From an uncultured Actinomycetes bacterium (lineage in GTDB: Bacteria > Actinomycetota > Thermoleophilia > Gaiellales > Gaiellaceae): a DNA stretch of 64,000 nucleotides. This document shows, one piece after another, positions 39,840 to 48,085 of this stretch. Under the pieces are notes generated by a model that saw only the letters and a list, made by a program, of their open reading frames with translations, searched no databases and was not told the DNA's origin. The DNA lies in assembly GCA_963717405.1 (NCBI GenBank), contig OY970333.1, positions 899,645 to 963,644 of the forward strand, given 5' to 3'. Position 1 is the stretch's first letter. Every line of letters starts with the position of its first letter. The position numbers were made by a program, and so were the translations under genes.

Positions 39840-40538
39840 TTACACGGCGTCGCACACCCCGAGCCGGGCCGCGCGACGCTGCACGTCTGCGGCGTACTGG
39901 AGGACAGCGCCGGTCGGGGCGCCGCCGGATTTCTCCACGGCTCCGGGACCCGCGTTGTACGCCGCGAGCGCGAGCGCCAGGTCGCTGCCGTAGCGCTCGA
40001 GGAGACGCTCGAGGTACGTGGCCCCCGCGAGCACGTTCGAGGCCGGCCGCCGCGCGCCGTACCCGACCTCACGCGCAGTCGCAGGCATGACCTGCATGAG
40101 CCCGAGCGCCCCTGCCGAGGAACGCGCGCCTGCATCCATTGCGGACTCCTCCCATGCGACCGCGGCGAGCAGGGACAGGGGCACGCCCGTCTTGAGACTC
40201 GCCTCTGCGAAGGCGCTTCGAAAGCGCGACGGGATGGGGCAGCCGGCGGGAACGACCGCTGCTCCCGACCCCAGATTTACCCGAACAGACCTTGCGCCCG
40301 ACTGGGAGGGATCCGAGTCCGCAGCCGCGAGCGAGAAGCCCGCCCCGGTGACTGCTGCTGCAAGCAAAGCGCCGAGCGCGGCGATCCGGAGGCGGCTCGG
40401 GCGGCCGAGCCTCGACGGGCGACGACGACGAGCGTCGGCCAGCTCCCGCGAGCGCTCGAAGGCAGCGTCCATCTCGGCGAGGGTGTCTGGGGCGTCGGCC
40501 ACGGGGAGCCGGTCCCGTACCCGCCTCCTGCGCGGCAA
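39840..40538 (-). CDS. Lytic transglycosylase (SLT domain), secreted
   Basis: 232 aa with a membrane anchor 'IAALGALLAAAVTGAG'. The catalytic region is 'AVAWEESAMD...GALGLMQVMPATA...AAYNAGPGAV'. Confidence 0.8.
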   Translation of the reverse strand: MPRRRRVRDRLPVADAPDTLAEMDAAFERSRELADARRRRPSRLGRPSRLRIAALGALLAAAVTGAGFSLAAADSDPSQSGARSVRVNLGSGAAVVPAGCPIPSRFRSAFAEASLKTGVPLSLLAAVAWEESAMDAGARSSAGALGLMQVMPATAREVGYGARRPASNVLAGATYLERLLERYGSDLALALAAYNAGPGAVEKSGGAPTGAVLQYAADVQRRAARLGVCDAV

Positions 40539-40565
40539 AACGGGCAGTGGCGCGAAAGGTTGGGC

Positions 40566-41927
40566 CTAGAGCCGTCGGCGGACGATGCGGGAGACCTCGG
40601 CTGAGACGTTCCAGCGTGTCACGTAGGCCTTCCCGTCGAAAAGCTCAGTCGTCCAGAACCAGTAGTCGGTCTCGGGGCGCGCGACGGTGACGAGCTCGCG
40701 AACGGGTCCGCCCGCGAGCTCGCGGACAAAGAGCGTCGAGCCGCTCGGCAGGTCGCGCACCCAGGCCACCCGAGTCCTTGAGAGGGCCGGGTTGGCGAGG
40801 CGAGCGATCTCCGTCTTGAACGGAGCGGATCGAGCCTCCGTGGAGATCCGGTAGACGACGATCCGCGACCCCCTCGGCCCTGCGACGTGCCAGGCGATTC
40901 GATCGCCCGCGATCGTGGGCCGCCCGATCTCGACACCGTCGGGCTTCGAGGCGAGGAGGCGCTCGGTGTTGTCCTCCAGGTTGTAGAGGTGGAGCGTGTA
41001 GCGCTCGTGGCCGCCGTGATCTGGCCTGTTCAGGAAGGTGCGTTCGTGGCCGTAGAATTTCCTGTAGACGAGCCAGGGCCACTGCAACGCAGGCTCCTCG
41101 GCCGGGCCCGAGAGGCGCAAGACCTCCTCGGCGGTCCGCCAGCGGACGACTCGGACTCCGGCTGCGTCTTCGTAGGCGAGCACGCCGCGGTGGACGGCGG
41201 GTGACTCGGCGTCGGGGAAGACGACGTTTGGGCTGCCGTCTGCGGGCCGGACAACGACGCTCGGCGTCCCCGCGAAGCGCTGCGTGTAGGCAAAGGCCGG
41301 CGCATGCGCCGACGGGTCCATCTGGTCTCCGGGCCCGAGCGGCATCACGCCCGCACCGGCGACCGGGGACGCCGCGAGCAGGCACGCACAGGCGCCGAGC
41401 GCGACGGCGTTGACCCGCAAGACCGTGCTGCGCTGCGCAGACAGCCCTTCGGCGATCGCAGCCGGATCCGCACCGCGACGCGCCGGCAGCAAGAGCACGA
41501 CCGCCCGTCCGACGCCGTAAAGCGCGAACGCGACGGCGCCTGCGACCGGTCTTCCCAGAGCGAGAGCGGCGGCGCAGGCGACCCAGAAGGTCGCCACCGG
41601 CTGATACGTGAAGACGCCCAGGCCGAGTCCGGCTCCGTAGCCGACCGACCAGACGGGAAGAGGCAGCTCGGCCCGCCAGCGCTCGGGCACCTGGCGGCGC
41701 GACTGCGGGAGCGGCACCCGGAGGACCCCGGCCTCCCGAAGCGTCCCGAGGACGGCGAGAACGAGCGCCAGAACGAGAGCCGGCCCCGTGCCAACAGCGG
41801 CTCCGGCGAGGCCGAGCACGGCTCCGAGCGCGGCCGACGCGGCCACGGCGCCGAGCGCGAAGAGCGCGAGTGCGACGAGCTGGCGTTTGCGAGTCCCGCA
41901 CCCGGCGGGCGTGATGGTCTCCACCAT
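40566..41927 (-). CDS. Polytopic membrane domain (about 6 TM) fused to a ~260-aa extracytoplasmic repeat/beta-rich domain; third gene of the Mau-like module
   Basis: 453 aa. There are six hydrophobic segments in residues 15-195. After these come repeated patterns such as 'RVVRW', 'RIAWHV', 'RIVVYR' and 'RVAWVR', suggestive of propeller-like blades. No family is assigned. Confidence 0.6.
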   Translation of the reverse strand: MVETITPAGCGTRKRQLVALALFALGAVAASAALGAVLGLAGAAVGTGPALVLALVLAVLGTLREAGVLRVPLPQSRRQVPERWRAELPLPVWSVGYGAGLGLGVFTYQPVATFWVACAAALALGRPVAGAVAFALYGVGRAVVLLLPARRGADPAAIAEGLSAQRSTVLRVNAVALGACACLLAASPVAGAGVMPLGPGDQMDPSAHAPAFAYTQRFAGTPSVVVRPADGSPNVVFPDAESPAVHRGVLAYEDAAGVRVVRWRTAEEVLRLSGPAEEPALQWPWLVYRKFYGHERTFLNRPDHGGHERYTLHLYNLEDNTERLLASKPDGVEIGRPTIAGDRIAWHVAGPRGSRIVVYRISTEARSAPFKTEIARLANPALSRTRVAWVRDLPSGSTLFVRELAGGPVRELVTVARPETDYWFWTTELFDGKAYVTRWNVSAEVSRIVRRRL

Positions 41928-41998
41928 CGAGAGCCCTCAGGGGCTCCAGGCGCCCGAGATGCCCGCGACGAGTGCGGCGGTGCAGACCGCGGCCTCGA

Positions 41999-42601
41999 TC
42001 AGCACGGGAGCCCGGTGTCGTAGTACATGACGCAAAACACGTTTCGGGGCGCGTAGCAGTAGCCGCGGAGCGACGCGTCACCGTTGATCCGGATCCTGCT
42101 CTTGGAGCAGCAGTCGACGAGCTTGCGGATCTGGTCGTCGCAGCAGCGGTACCAGGCGCCCTGGATGATCGCGTCCTTGTGGCCGTAGCGCTCCTCGACC
42201 CACTCGTTGCAGATACGGGTTCGGGGCCCCTTCGGGAGCCGGCGGCCGTCAGGTCCGCGCAGACGCCGGCCTTCAGCGTCGATCGGGTAGCCGTTGGCGT
42301 TCACGAGCCGGCCGAGGTTGTCGATCGGCCTGCCGTCTCGCGGGCGGAGCGGGTAGCCGGCGGTGTCGATCCGGGGGAGGCGGTACGGGCTCGGGCACGA
42401 GCCGGTCGTGTAGATGTGGCCGCAGAAGTGGTAGGCGGACGCGTCCTCGGGCTTGACGGCGGCCGCGACGGCGCCTCCGCCGACGATGCCGAGCGCCGCG
42501 GCCCCGAGCCGCCCCAGGAACGAGCGTCGCGTCATCCCGGCGGCGAGGCCCGTGGCGAGAGCCTCACCCGCCTCCGCGAGGAGCTCGTCAGGCCGCCGCA
42601 C
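41999..42601 (-). CDS. Tat-signal, Cys-rich homologue of methylamine/aromatic-amine dehydrogenase light chain (MauA-like)
   Basis: Twin-arginine signal 'MTRRSFLGRLGAAALG' (alternative start ATG 42535). The mature ~145 aa contain 10 Cys. 'HFCGHIYTTGSC', 'CNEWVEERYGHKD' and 'WYRCCDD' align by eye to MauA 'RHCSIDGNIC', 'ASWVASCYNPTDG' and 'AYRDCCG'. Confidence 0.7.
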   Translation of the reverse strand: MRRPDELLAEAGEALATGLAAGMTRRSFLGRLGAAALGIVGGGAVAAAVKPEDASAYHFCGHIYTTGSCPSPYRLPRIDTAGYPLRPRDGRPIDNLGRLVNANGYPIDAEGRRLRGPDGRRLPKGPRTRICNEWVEERYGHKDAIIQGAWYRCCDDQIRKLVDCCSKSRIRINGDASLRGYCYAPRNVFCVMYYDTGLPC

Positions 42602-43469
42602 GCACGCTCCTCGCTGTTCCGACGCTGATCAGGCCCTCGAGCTGCTCGAGGGTGTTGACGAGCCCCTTCGCGGCGACGACCCCGTCGACGACGTGGACGA
42701 CGAACGGGCTCCCCGGTACGTTCCAGATGCGGAACGCATCGGGCTCCCGAGCCTCGTCCACAACGTGGACCGAGACGCCGTCCCGCCCGAGCGCCAGGAC
42801 GCCCGGCAAGAGCTCGTGGCAGAGCCGGCACGTCGGCGAGACAAAGGCGATGAGCTCGGAGCCACGGCTCCCGAGCGCAGCGAGCCCGGGAGCCCGGGAG
42901 CCGAGCTCGGGGCCCTCTCCCTCCAGCTCGAGCGCCCCCTGGGCGGGCCCGATCCGGAGGTGCAGAAGCCCGACCTGGCGGTAGAGCGCGAGGACGAGCA
43001 CGGCGAGGGCGAGCACGGCGAGGGCGAGCACAGCGACAGCGGCCAAAAGCCCGGCCTCACGGGAGATCGGCGGGGATCCGTAGGCGGTCGCCGCGGCGGC
43101 GAGGCCGGCGAGGCCGGTAAAGGCGAGCGCGCGGGCGAGGAGGAAGCCCGTCGAGCGTTCCGCGCCACCGAAACAGCCACAGCGAAGCCGTTGCACCCCC
43201 GAGGCGCGTACGCGTACGACTGCAGCCACGAAGACGAAGCCGAGCCCGGTCGCGGCGAGCGAGGCCGCGAGAGGCGCGACACCGGCAAGGAGCAGACCCC
43301 CCAGGACTGCTTCGGCCCCGACCAGCGTGGCGGCGGCGGGCCCGGCGAGCTCTGCTCGGAGCCCGTAGCCGCGCATGACCTCCGGCAGGTCCGCGCGGGA
43401 GCGCGCCTTGGCCGCGGCCGCGGCAAGCAAGACGAGTCCGACCCCGAGGCGGAGGGCGACGTCCACCAC
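42588..43469 (-). CDS. MauE-type membrane protein fused to a MauD-like thioredoxin-fold domain
   Basis: 293 aa. The N-terminal part is multi-TM with 'RLRCGCFGG' (MauE CGCFG motif). The C-terminal part has 'FVSPTCRLC' (CxxC) and 'AKGLVNTLEQLEGLI' (MauD-like tail). Confidence 0.75.
   Translation of the reverse strand: MVDVALRLGVGLVLLAAAAAKARSRADLPEVMRGYGLRAELAGPAAATLVGAEAVLGGLLLAGVAPLAASLAATGLGFVFVAAVVRVRASGVQRLRCGCFGGAERSTGFLLARALAFTGLAGLAAAATAYGSPPISREAGLLAAVAVLALAVLALAVLVLALYRQVGLLHLRIGPAQGALELEGEGPELGSRAPGLAALGSRGSELIAFVSPTCRLCHELLPGVLALGRDGVSVHVVDEAREPDAFRIWNVPGSPFVVHVVDGVVAAKGLVNTLEQLEGLISVGTARSVRAAA
42988..43032. repeat. 15-bp in-frame tandem repeat, 3 copies, inside the MauE-MauD gene
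   Basis: The units are GCGAGGACGAGCACG / GCGAGGGCGAGCACG / GCGAGGGCGAGCACA. They encode the (LALAV)n part of the transmembrane helix 'AVAVLALAVLALAVLVLAL'. Confidence 0.8.
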
Positions 43470-43518
43470 GTTCAGGTTAACGCTCGTTCCGGCGGGTTTG
43501 GCAGGACTCTCAGAATCC

Positions 43519-46293
43519 TTACGGGTCGACGGAGGGGCGGATCTGGGACGTCTCGAAGAGGTGCAGGAACGCCTCGACTACGCGAGGGTCGAACTGCGTG
43601 CCCGAGTGCTCCCGGAGCCGCCGGAGCGCTTCCTCGACCGGAAGCCGGCCGCGGTAGGGCCGGTCGGTCGTCATCGCGTGGAAGGCGTCGCAGACGAGGA
43701 TGATCCGAGACTCGATGGGAATGCCCTCGGCCTTCCGCCCGTCCGGATAGCCGCCGCCGTCGAAGCGCTCGTGGCAATGGCGGACGATCGGCCTGACGTC
43801 GGCGAGACGGACGATCGGTGCCAGGATCCGCTCGCCGAGCTCCGGGTGGAGCTGCATGGTCTGCCGCTCCTCCTCGGTCAGCGGACCCGGCTTCAGGAGG
43901 ATCTCCGACGGAATGCCGATCTTCCCGATGTCGTGAAAGTGGGCGCCGAGCTCGAGCCGCTTCAGGCCTGCCGGGTCGAGGCCGAGCTCCGAGCCCACGC
44001 GGAGGGCCATGTCGGTGATCGCCCGCGTATGGGAGGAGGTGTCCTCGTCCCGTGCCTCGAGCGCGTTGGCGAGCGCCTCGACCGTTGAGAGGAAGGTCTG
44101 CTCGAGGCTCTCGTAGTTCGTCGCATTCGCGATCGCGAGCTTGGCCTGGTGCGCGATCCCGTCGAGGAGCCGCATCGTGCGGTCCGAGAGGCGCGGCTTC
44201 CGTGCATCCTTCATGACCGCGACGATGAAGCCCTTCCGCCCGCCGTCGAGAGGGATCGGCGCAACGGCGAACCGTCGTCCGTCGTCGGCCGAGTCGATAT
44301 CCGGGAGGCCCTCGAGCTCCTCGGGCGTCAGCGTGAAGGGCCGCTCGCGCCTGACGAGCCGCTCCACCGCCGAGGAAGGGATCCGGAGCTGCTCGATCCG
44401 CGACCGCTCCTCCCCGTCGTAGCCCCAGAAGGCTCGCACCGAAATGTCGCCGCCGGTTGTCTCTTGCATCCAGAACGAAGTGCGGGACGAGCCGAGAATC
44501 TTGGTCGTCTGCCCGACGAGCCGCTCGAGGACCAGGTCGAGATCCTCGGCCTGAGCGAGCTGACGCGAGAGCTGGAGGAGCGCGTTCGCGATCTCGGCGC
44601 TCTCCTTCGCGCCCTCGGCCTCCCGCCGCTGCGCTTCGTAGAGCCGCGCGTTCTCGATCGCGACCGAGGCGTGGCCGGCGAGTACCTCGAGGAGACGCAC
44701 GTCGTCGTCGTCGAACTGGCCCACGCCGAGCTTCGAGATCACGACTACGCCGATGATGCGGGCGCCGTAGCGCAGGGGCACGGCGACCATCGACTCCTCG
44801 ATGTCGTCGGTGCCCGGAATCGTGACGGCGAACGCGCACTCGAGCGCGTTCTCGACGAGGAGGGACTCGCCGGTCACGCCGACCCGTCCGGTGATCCCCT
44901 CGCCGAGCTTGCAACGGAGCGCCTCGGCGGTCTCCTCTCCGTACACGTCGGCGTCGTCGCGGAACGCGACCGGAATGAGATCGTCGTGACCCTCGCGCAC
45001 GTAGACACGGCACGCGTGGTAGTCCAGGAGGCCGCGAAGCTCGTTCACGATCACCTCGCCGATCCTGGTGACGTCGTTCAGCCGGTTGAGCTTGCCGGCG
45101 AGGCTCTGGAGCATCTTGAGGTGGGCGATGGAGCGCACGTCGCGTGGGCGCGGCGACTGGATCTCCGGCCGGCCCTCGGTCAGGTCGGCGAAGACGACGG
45201 CCTGGTCCTTGCCCTGGGACTTGGCGGTCATCATCGCCGTCTCCGCGTAGGCGACGAGCTCGCGCGGATTCGTGGCGTCCCCTGGCCCCTCGGCGATCCC
45301 GGCCGAGACGGTGATCCTGCCTACGCCCTCTAGCTCTGCGCGGGCGAGCCGCGCTGCGATTCGCTCGGCGAGCCCCAGCGCAGAGGCCGAATCCGAGGAG
45401 GGCAGGACGACTGCAAACTCCTCGCCACCGATCCGGCAGACGATGTCGGAGCCCCGGACCACGGAGCGCAGAATGTCCCCGAGCGCGACGAGGACGTGGT
45501 CTCCCGTCCCGTGGCCGTGGACGTCGTTCACCTTCTTGAAGTCGTCGATGTCGAGCATGAGGATGCTGACCAGGTCCTGGGCCCGGCTGGCCCGTGTCAG
45601 CTCGGCGCGGATCCGGTCGTGGAAGAAGCGGTGGTTCCAGAGCCCGGTCAGGGAGTCGGTCTGAGCCTGCTGCTCGAGCTGGGCACGGATCTCTGCGTTG
45701 TCGAGCGCGAGCGCGACGGCGTCACCGCAACGCTTCACGAGCTCGAACTCCTCCTCGGTGAAGCGAGCGCCCTCGCCGAGGCGGTGGACGTTCAGGGAGC
45801 CCTTGACGGTGCCGCGCGCGACGAGGGGGACGACGATCATCGACTCGGGCTCGTCGTCGGGCGTGCCGGGTACGACGGTGAGGCGCGGGTCGAGGTGCGC
45901 GTCGTTCACGAGGACGGCCTCGCGTCGCTCGACCGCCCAGCCCGTGATCCCTTCGCCGAACGCGAGCGGCGACTCCATGATCTCGGCGGCCCAGCTGTCG
46001 CGGGCCATCTCGGGGACGAGCAGGCGGCGCGCCTCGTCGGTCCGGTAGACCGTCAGCGTGTCGCAGGGCACGAGGTCGGACACCGCGTCGAAGATGAGGT
46101 CGAGCAGGTCGTCGAGGCCCTGCTCGGAAAGGAGGTCGTGGAAGACGTCCGCCAGACGGAGGTACGGCGCGAGGGTGCCCTCGTGGTGCTCGCGCCCCTC
46201 TTCGAAACGCCGCGGCACGCGGCGGCCCCCGGCGCCTGGGAACCGGAGCAGGCGGGCCGTGCGGCCCGACGACGTCATGGCAGGATCCTCCAT
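43519..46293 (-). CDS. GAF-GGDEF-GAF-GAF-HD-GYP multidomain c-di-GMP signalling protein
   Basis: An active-site-type 'RIGGEEFAVVLP' is present. The C-terminal HD-GYP domain has 'HTRAITDMA...HFHDIGKIGIP...HHERFDGGGYPDG'-like motifs ('HCHERFDGGGYPDG'). The likely start is ATG 46293 or 46278. The track start at 46428 would overlap the divergent polX. Confidence 0.85.
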   Translation of the reverse strand: MEDPAMTSSGRTARLLRFPGAGGRRVPRRFEEGREHHEGTLAPYLRLADVFHDLLSEQGLDDLLDLIFDAVSDLVPCDTLTVYRTDEARRLLVPEMARDSWAAEIMESPLAFGEGITGWAVERREAVLVNDAHLDPRLTVVPGTPDDEPESMIVVPLVARGTVKGSLNVHRLGEGARFTEEEFELVKRCGDAVALALDNAEIRAQLEQQAQTDSLTGLWNHRFFHDRIRAELTRASRAQDLVSILMLDIDDFKKVNDVHGHGTGDHVLVALGDILRSVVRGSDIVCRIGGEEFAVVLPSSDSASALGLAERIAARLARAELEGVGRITVSAGIAEGPGDATNPRELVAYAETAMMTAKSQGKDQAVVFADLTEGRPEIQSPRPRDVRSIAHLKMLQSLAGKLNRLNDVTRIGEVIVNELRGLLDYHACRVYVREGHDDLIPVAFRDDADVYGEETAEALRCKLGEGITGRVGVTGESLLVENALECAFAVTIPGTDDIEESMVAVPLRYGARIIGVVVISKLGVGQFDDDDVRLLEVLAGHASVAIENARLYEAQRREAEGAKESAEIANALLQLSRQLAQAEDLDLVLERLVGQTTKILGSSRTSFWMQETTGGDISVRAFWGYDGEERSRIEQLRIPSSAVERLVRRERPFTLTPEELEGLPDIDSADDGRRFAVAPIPLDGGRKGFIVAVMKDARKPRLSDRTMRLLDGIAHQAKLAIANATNYESLEQTFLSTVEALANALEARDEDTSSHTRAITDMALRVGSELGLDPAGLKRLELGAHFHDIGKIGIPSEILLKPGPLTEEERQTMQLHPELGERILAPIVRLADVRPIVRHCHERFDGGGYPDGRKAEGIPIESRIILVCDAFHAMTTDRPYRGRLPVEEALRRLREHSGTQFDPRVVEAFLHLFETSQIRPSVDP

Positions 46294-46394
46294 CGAACGC
46301 GCGCGCGCGCCGGAATCGGCACTCGAGGGAGCATCGTGAGGTTCACCTCCTGCCTGAATAGCTCCGCCGGGGGAACCAGAGGCTACGACGCGGC

Positions 46395-48083
46395 GTGAGC
46401 GACTCCTCCCCCGAGCCTGCCGAAACACTCACCAACGCAGCCGTTGCGGAACGGCTCGAGGCCTTCGCCGGGCTCCTCGAGCTGGCCGGTGCGAGCCCGT
46501 ACTCGACGCGCGCGTACCGTCGGGCGGCGGAGCTCGCCCGCGCGGCTCGACGCACCGCTCGCCGAGCTCGTCCGGTCCGGCCGCGTGCGCGAGCTCCGCG
46601 GCATCGGCCCGGGAATCGAGGCGAGGCTCCGCGAGCTCGTCGAGACCGGACGGATCGCCGAGCTCGAAGAGCTCGAGCGCGAGGTCTCCCCCGCCCTGGT
46701 CGGCGTCGGCCGCTTGATCGGCATCGGACCGCAGCGCATGGTGGAGATCGGCCGGACGCTCGGGATCCGGACCGCAGCGGAGCTTCGGGAGGCCGCGCGG
46801 GCAGGCCGGCTCGCGGCCGTTCCCGGGATCGGCCCGAAGACGGAGGCCCGTATTCACGAGGCGCTCGAGCGGCCGACGGAACCGCGCCCGCCTCGCGCCC
46901 TCCTCCTGAACCGGAGCCGGCCGCTCGTCGAGGAGATCGCCGCGGCTCTCGGCGGAGAACCGGCCGGCGAGCCACGCCGCTGGCGCGACGCATCGGAGCG
47001 ACTCGCCGTGGTCGTATCGCCGAGGACCCGGCGCCCGCCTTCGCGGCCTTCGGCGCACTTCCGCAGATCGTCGCCGTCGTGGCGCGACGGAGGAGCGGCG
47101 CGCGACAGGCGTCACCGTCGAAGGCGTCCCGGTCGAGCTCGTCGTCGCGGAACCCGGACGGTTCGGCACCGAGCTCGTGCGCGCGACGGGCTCCCCCGCG
47201 TACGTGGCCGAGCTCGGGCCGCTGCCGGATGCACCAGACGAGGAGGGCGTCTACCGCCGGCTCGGCATCCCGTGGTGCCCGCCCGAGCTCCGGGAGTCGC
47301 CCTTCAGGGGCGAGCCACCGCGTCTCCTCGAGCTCTCCGACCTCCGCGGCGACCTCCACTGCCACACGACGTGGTCGGACGGCACGCGCCAGCGTCCTCG
47401 AGATGGCTGCGGCCGCACGCGAGCGCGGCTACGAGTACCTCGCGATCTGCGACCACACGCCCAACGTTCGCGTCGTGCCCGGGCCTGGACGCAGATGCGA
47501 TCCGCCGCCAGGGAGAGGAGATCGCGGCCGCGAACGAGGAGCTCGCCCCCTTTCGGCGTTCTGCGCGGCGACCGAGTGCGACATCCTGCCCGACGGGTCG
47601 CTCGACCTCCCGACGACGTCCTCGCCGAGCTCGACTGGGTGCAGGCCAGCCTGCACGCGGGCCAGCGGCGGCCGCGGCGGCGAGCTGACGAAGCAGGTCG
47701 TCGAGGCCGTGCGACACCCGTTCATCTCGTGCGCTCAGCCACCCCACCGGCCGGTCTGATCAACCACCGGCCTCCGAACGCGCTCGATCTCGACGAGGTG
47801 TTCGAGGTCGCCGTCGAGACCGGAGATCGCGCTCGAGGTGAACGGCCTCCCAGACCGGCTCGACCTGATCGGGGAGAACGTGAGGCGACTCGATCGCGGA
47901 CGCAGGCGTTGGGATCGTGGTCTCGACCGACGCACATTCGTTCGCGGGCTCGGGAACATGCAGCTCGCAGTGGCGACGGCACGCCGGGGGTGCGACTCGC
48001 GGCTGCCGACGTCCTCAACACGCAACCGCTCCCGGAGGTTCTCCCGCCCGCGGCTGACCGCGGGCGCCTCGACCAGGTGGTGA
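46395..48083 (+). pseudogene. polX: Family X DNA polymerase with PHP domain, disrupted by a dozen or more frame changes
   Basis: Recognisable PolX/PHP segments alternate among all three frames. Examples are 'NAAVAERLEAFAGLLELAGASPYSTRAYRRAAEL' (frame of 46395), 'LRGIGPGIEARLRELVETGRIAELEELE...VPGIGPKTEARI' (frame of 46444), 'VELVVAEPGRFGTELVRATGSPAYV...LHCHTTWSDG' (frame of 47177), 'ASVLEMAAAARERGYEYLAICDHTPN', 'TECDILPDGSLDLP', 'DDVLAELDWVQASLH', 'LINHRPPNALDLDEVFEVAVETG', 'ALEVNGLPDRLDL' and 'GLGNMQLAVATARRG'. The 3' end is uncertain. Confidence 0.8.
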
Positions 48084-48085
48084 CG

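Noticed and set aside
37853-40090. A 745-aa plus-strand ORF.
   Set aside because: It is antisense to the metF-fusion, coiled-coil and SLT genes. It is Arg/Pro-rich with no domain signatures.
42988-43032. Short tandem or direct repeats (also 51360-51412) as possible CRISPR arrays.
   Set aside because: There are only 2-3 copies of 15 nt. One set lies inside a CDS and in frame, there is no repeat-spacer periodicity, and no cas genes are present.
40566-43469. Interpreting the locus as a canonical methylamine dehydrogenase (mau) operon.
   Set aside because: There is no heavy chain, MauG, amicyanin or other mau genes in the window, and the second TTQ tryptophan appears to be missing. It is treated as an orphan Mau-like system instead.
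40645-45013. Long Arg/Pro/Gly-rich minus-strand ORFs (40645..42081 and 43472..45013) overlapping the Mau-like and GGDEF genes.
   Set aside because: They are out-of-frame readings of genes with clear homology in another frame.
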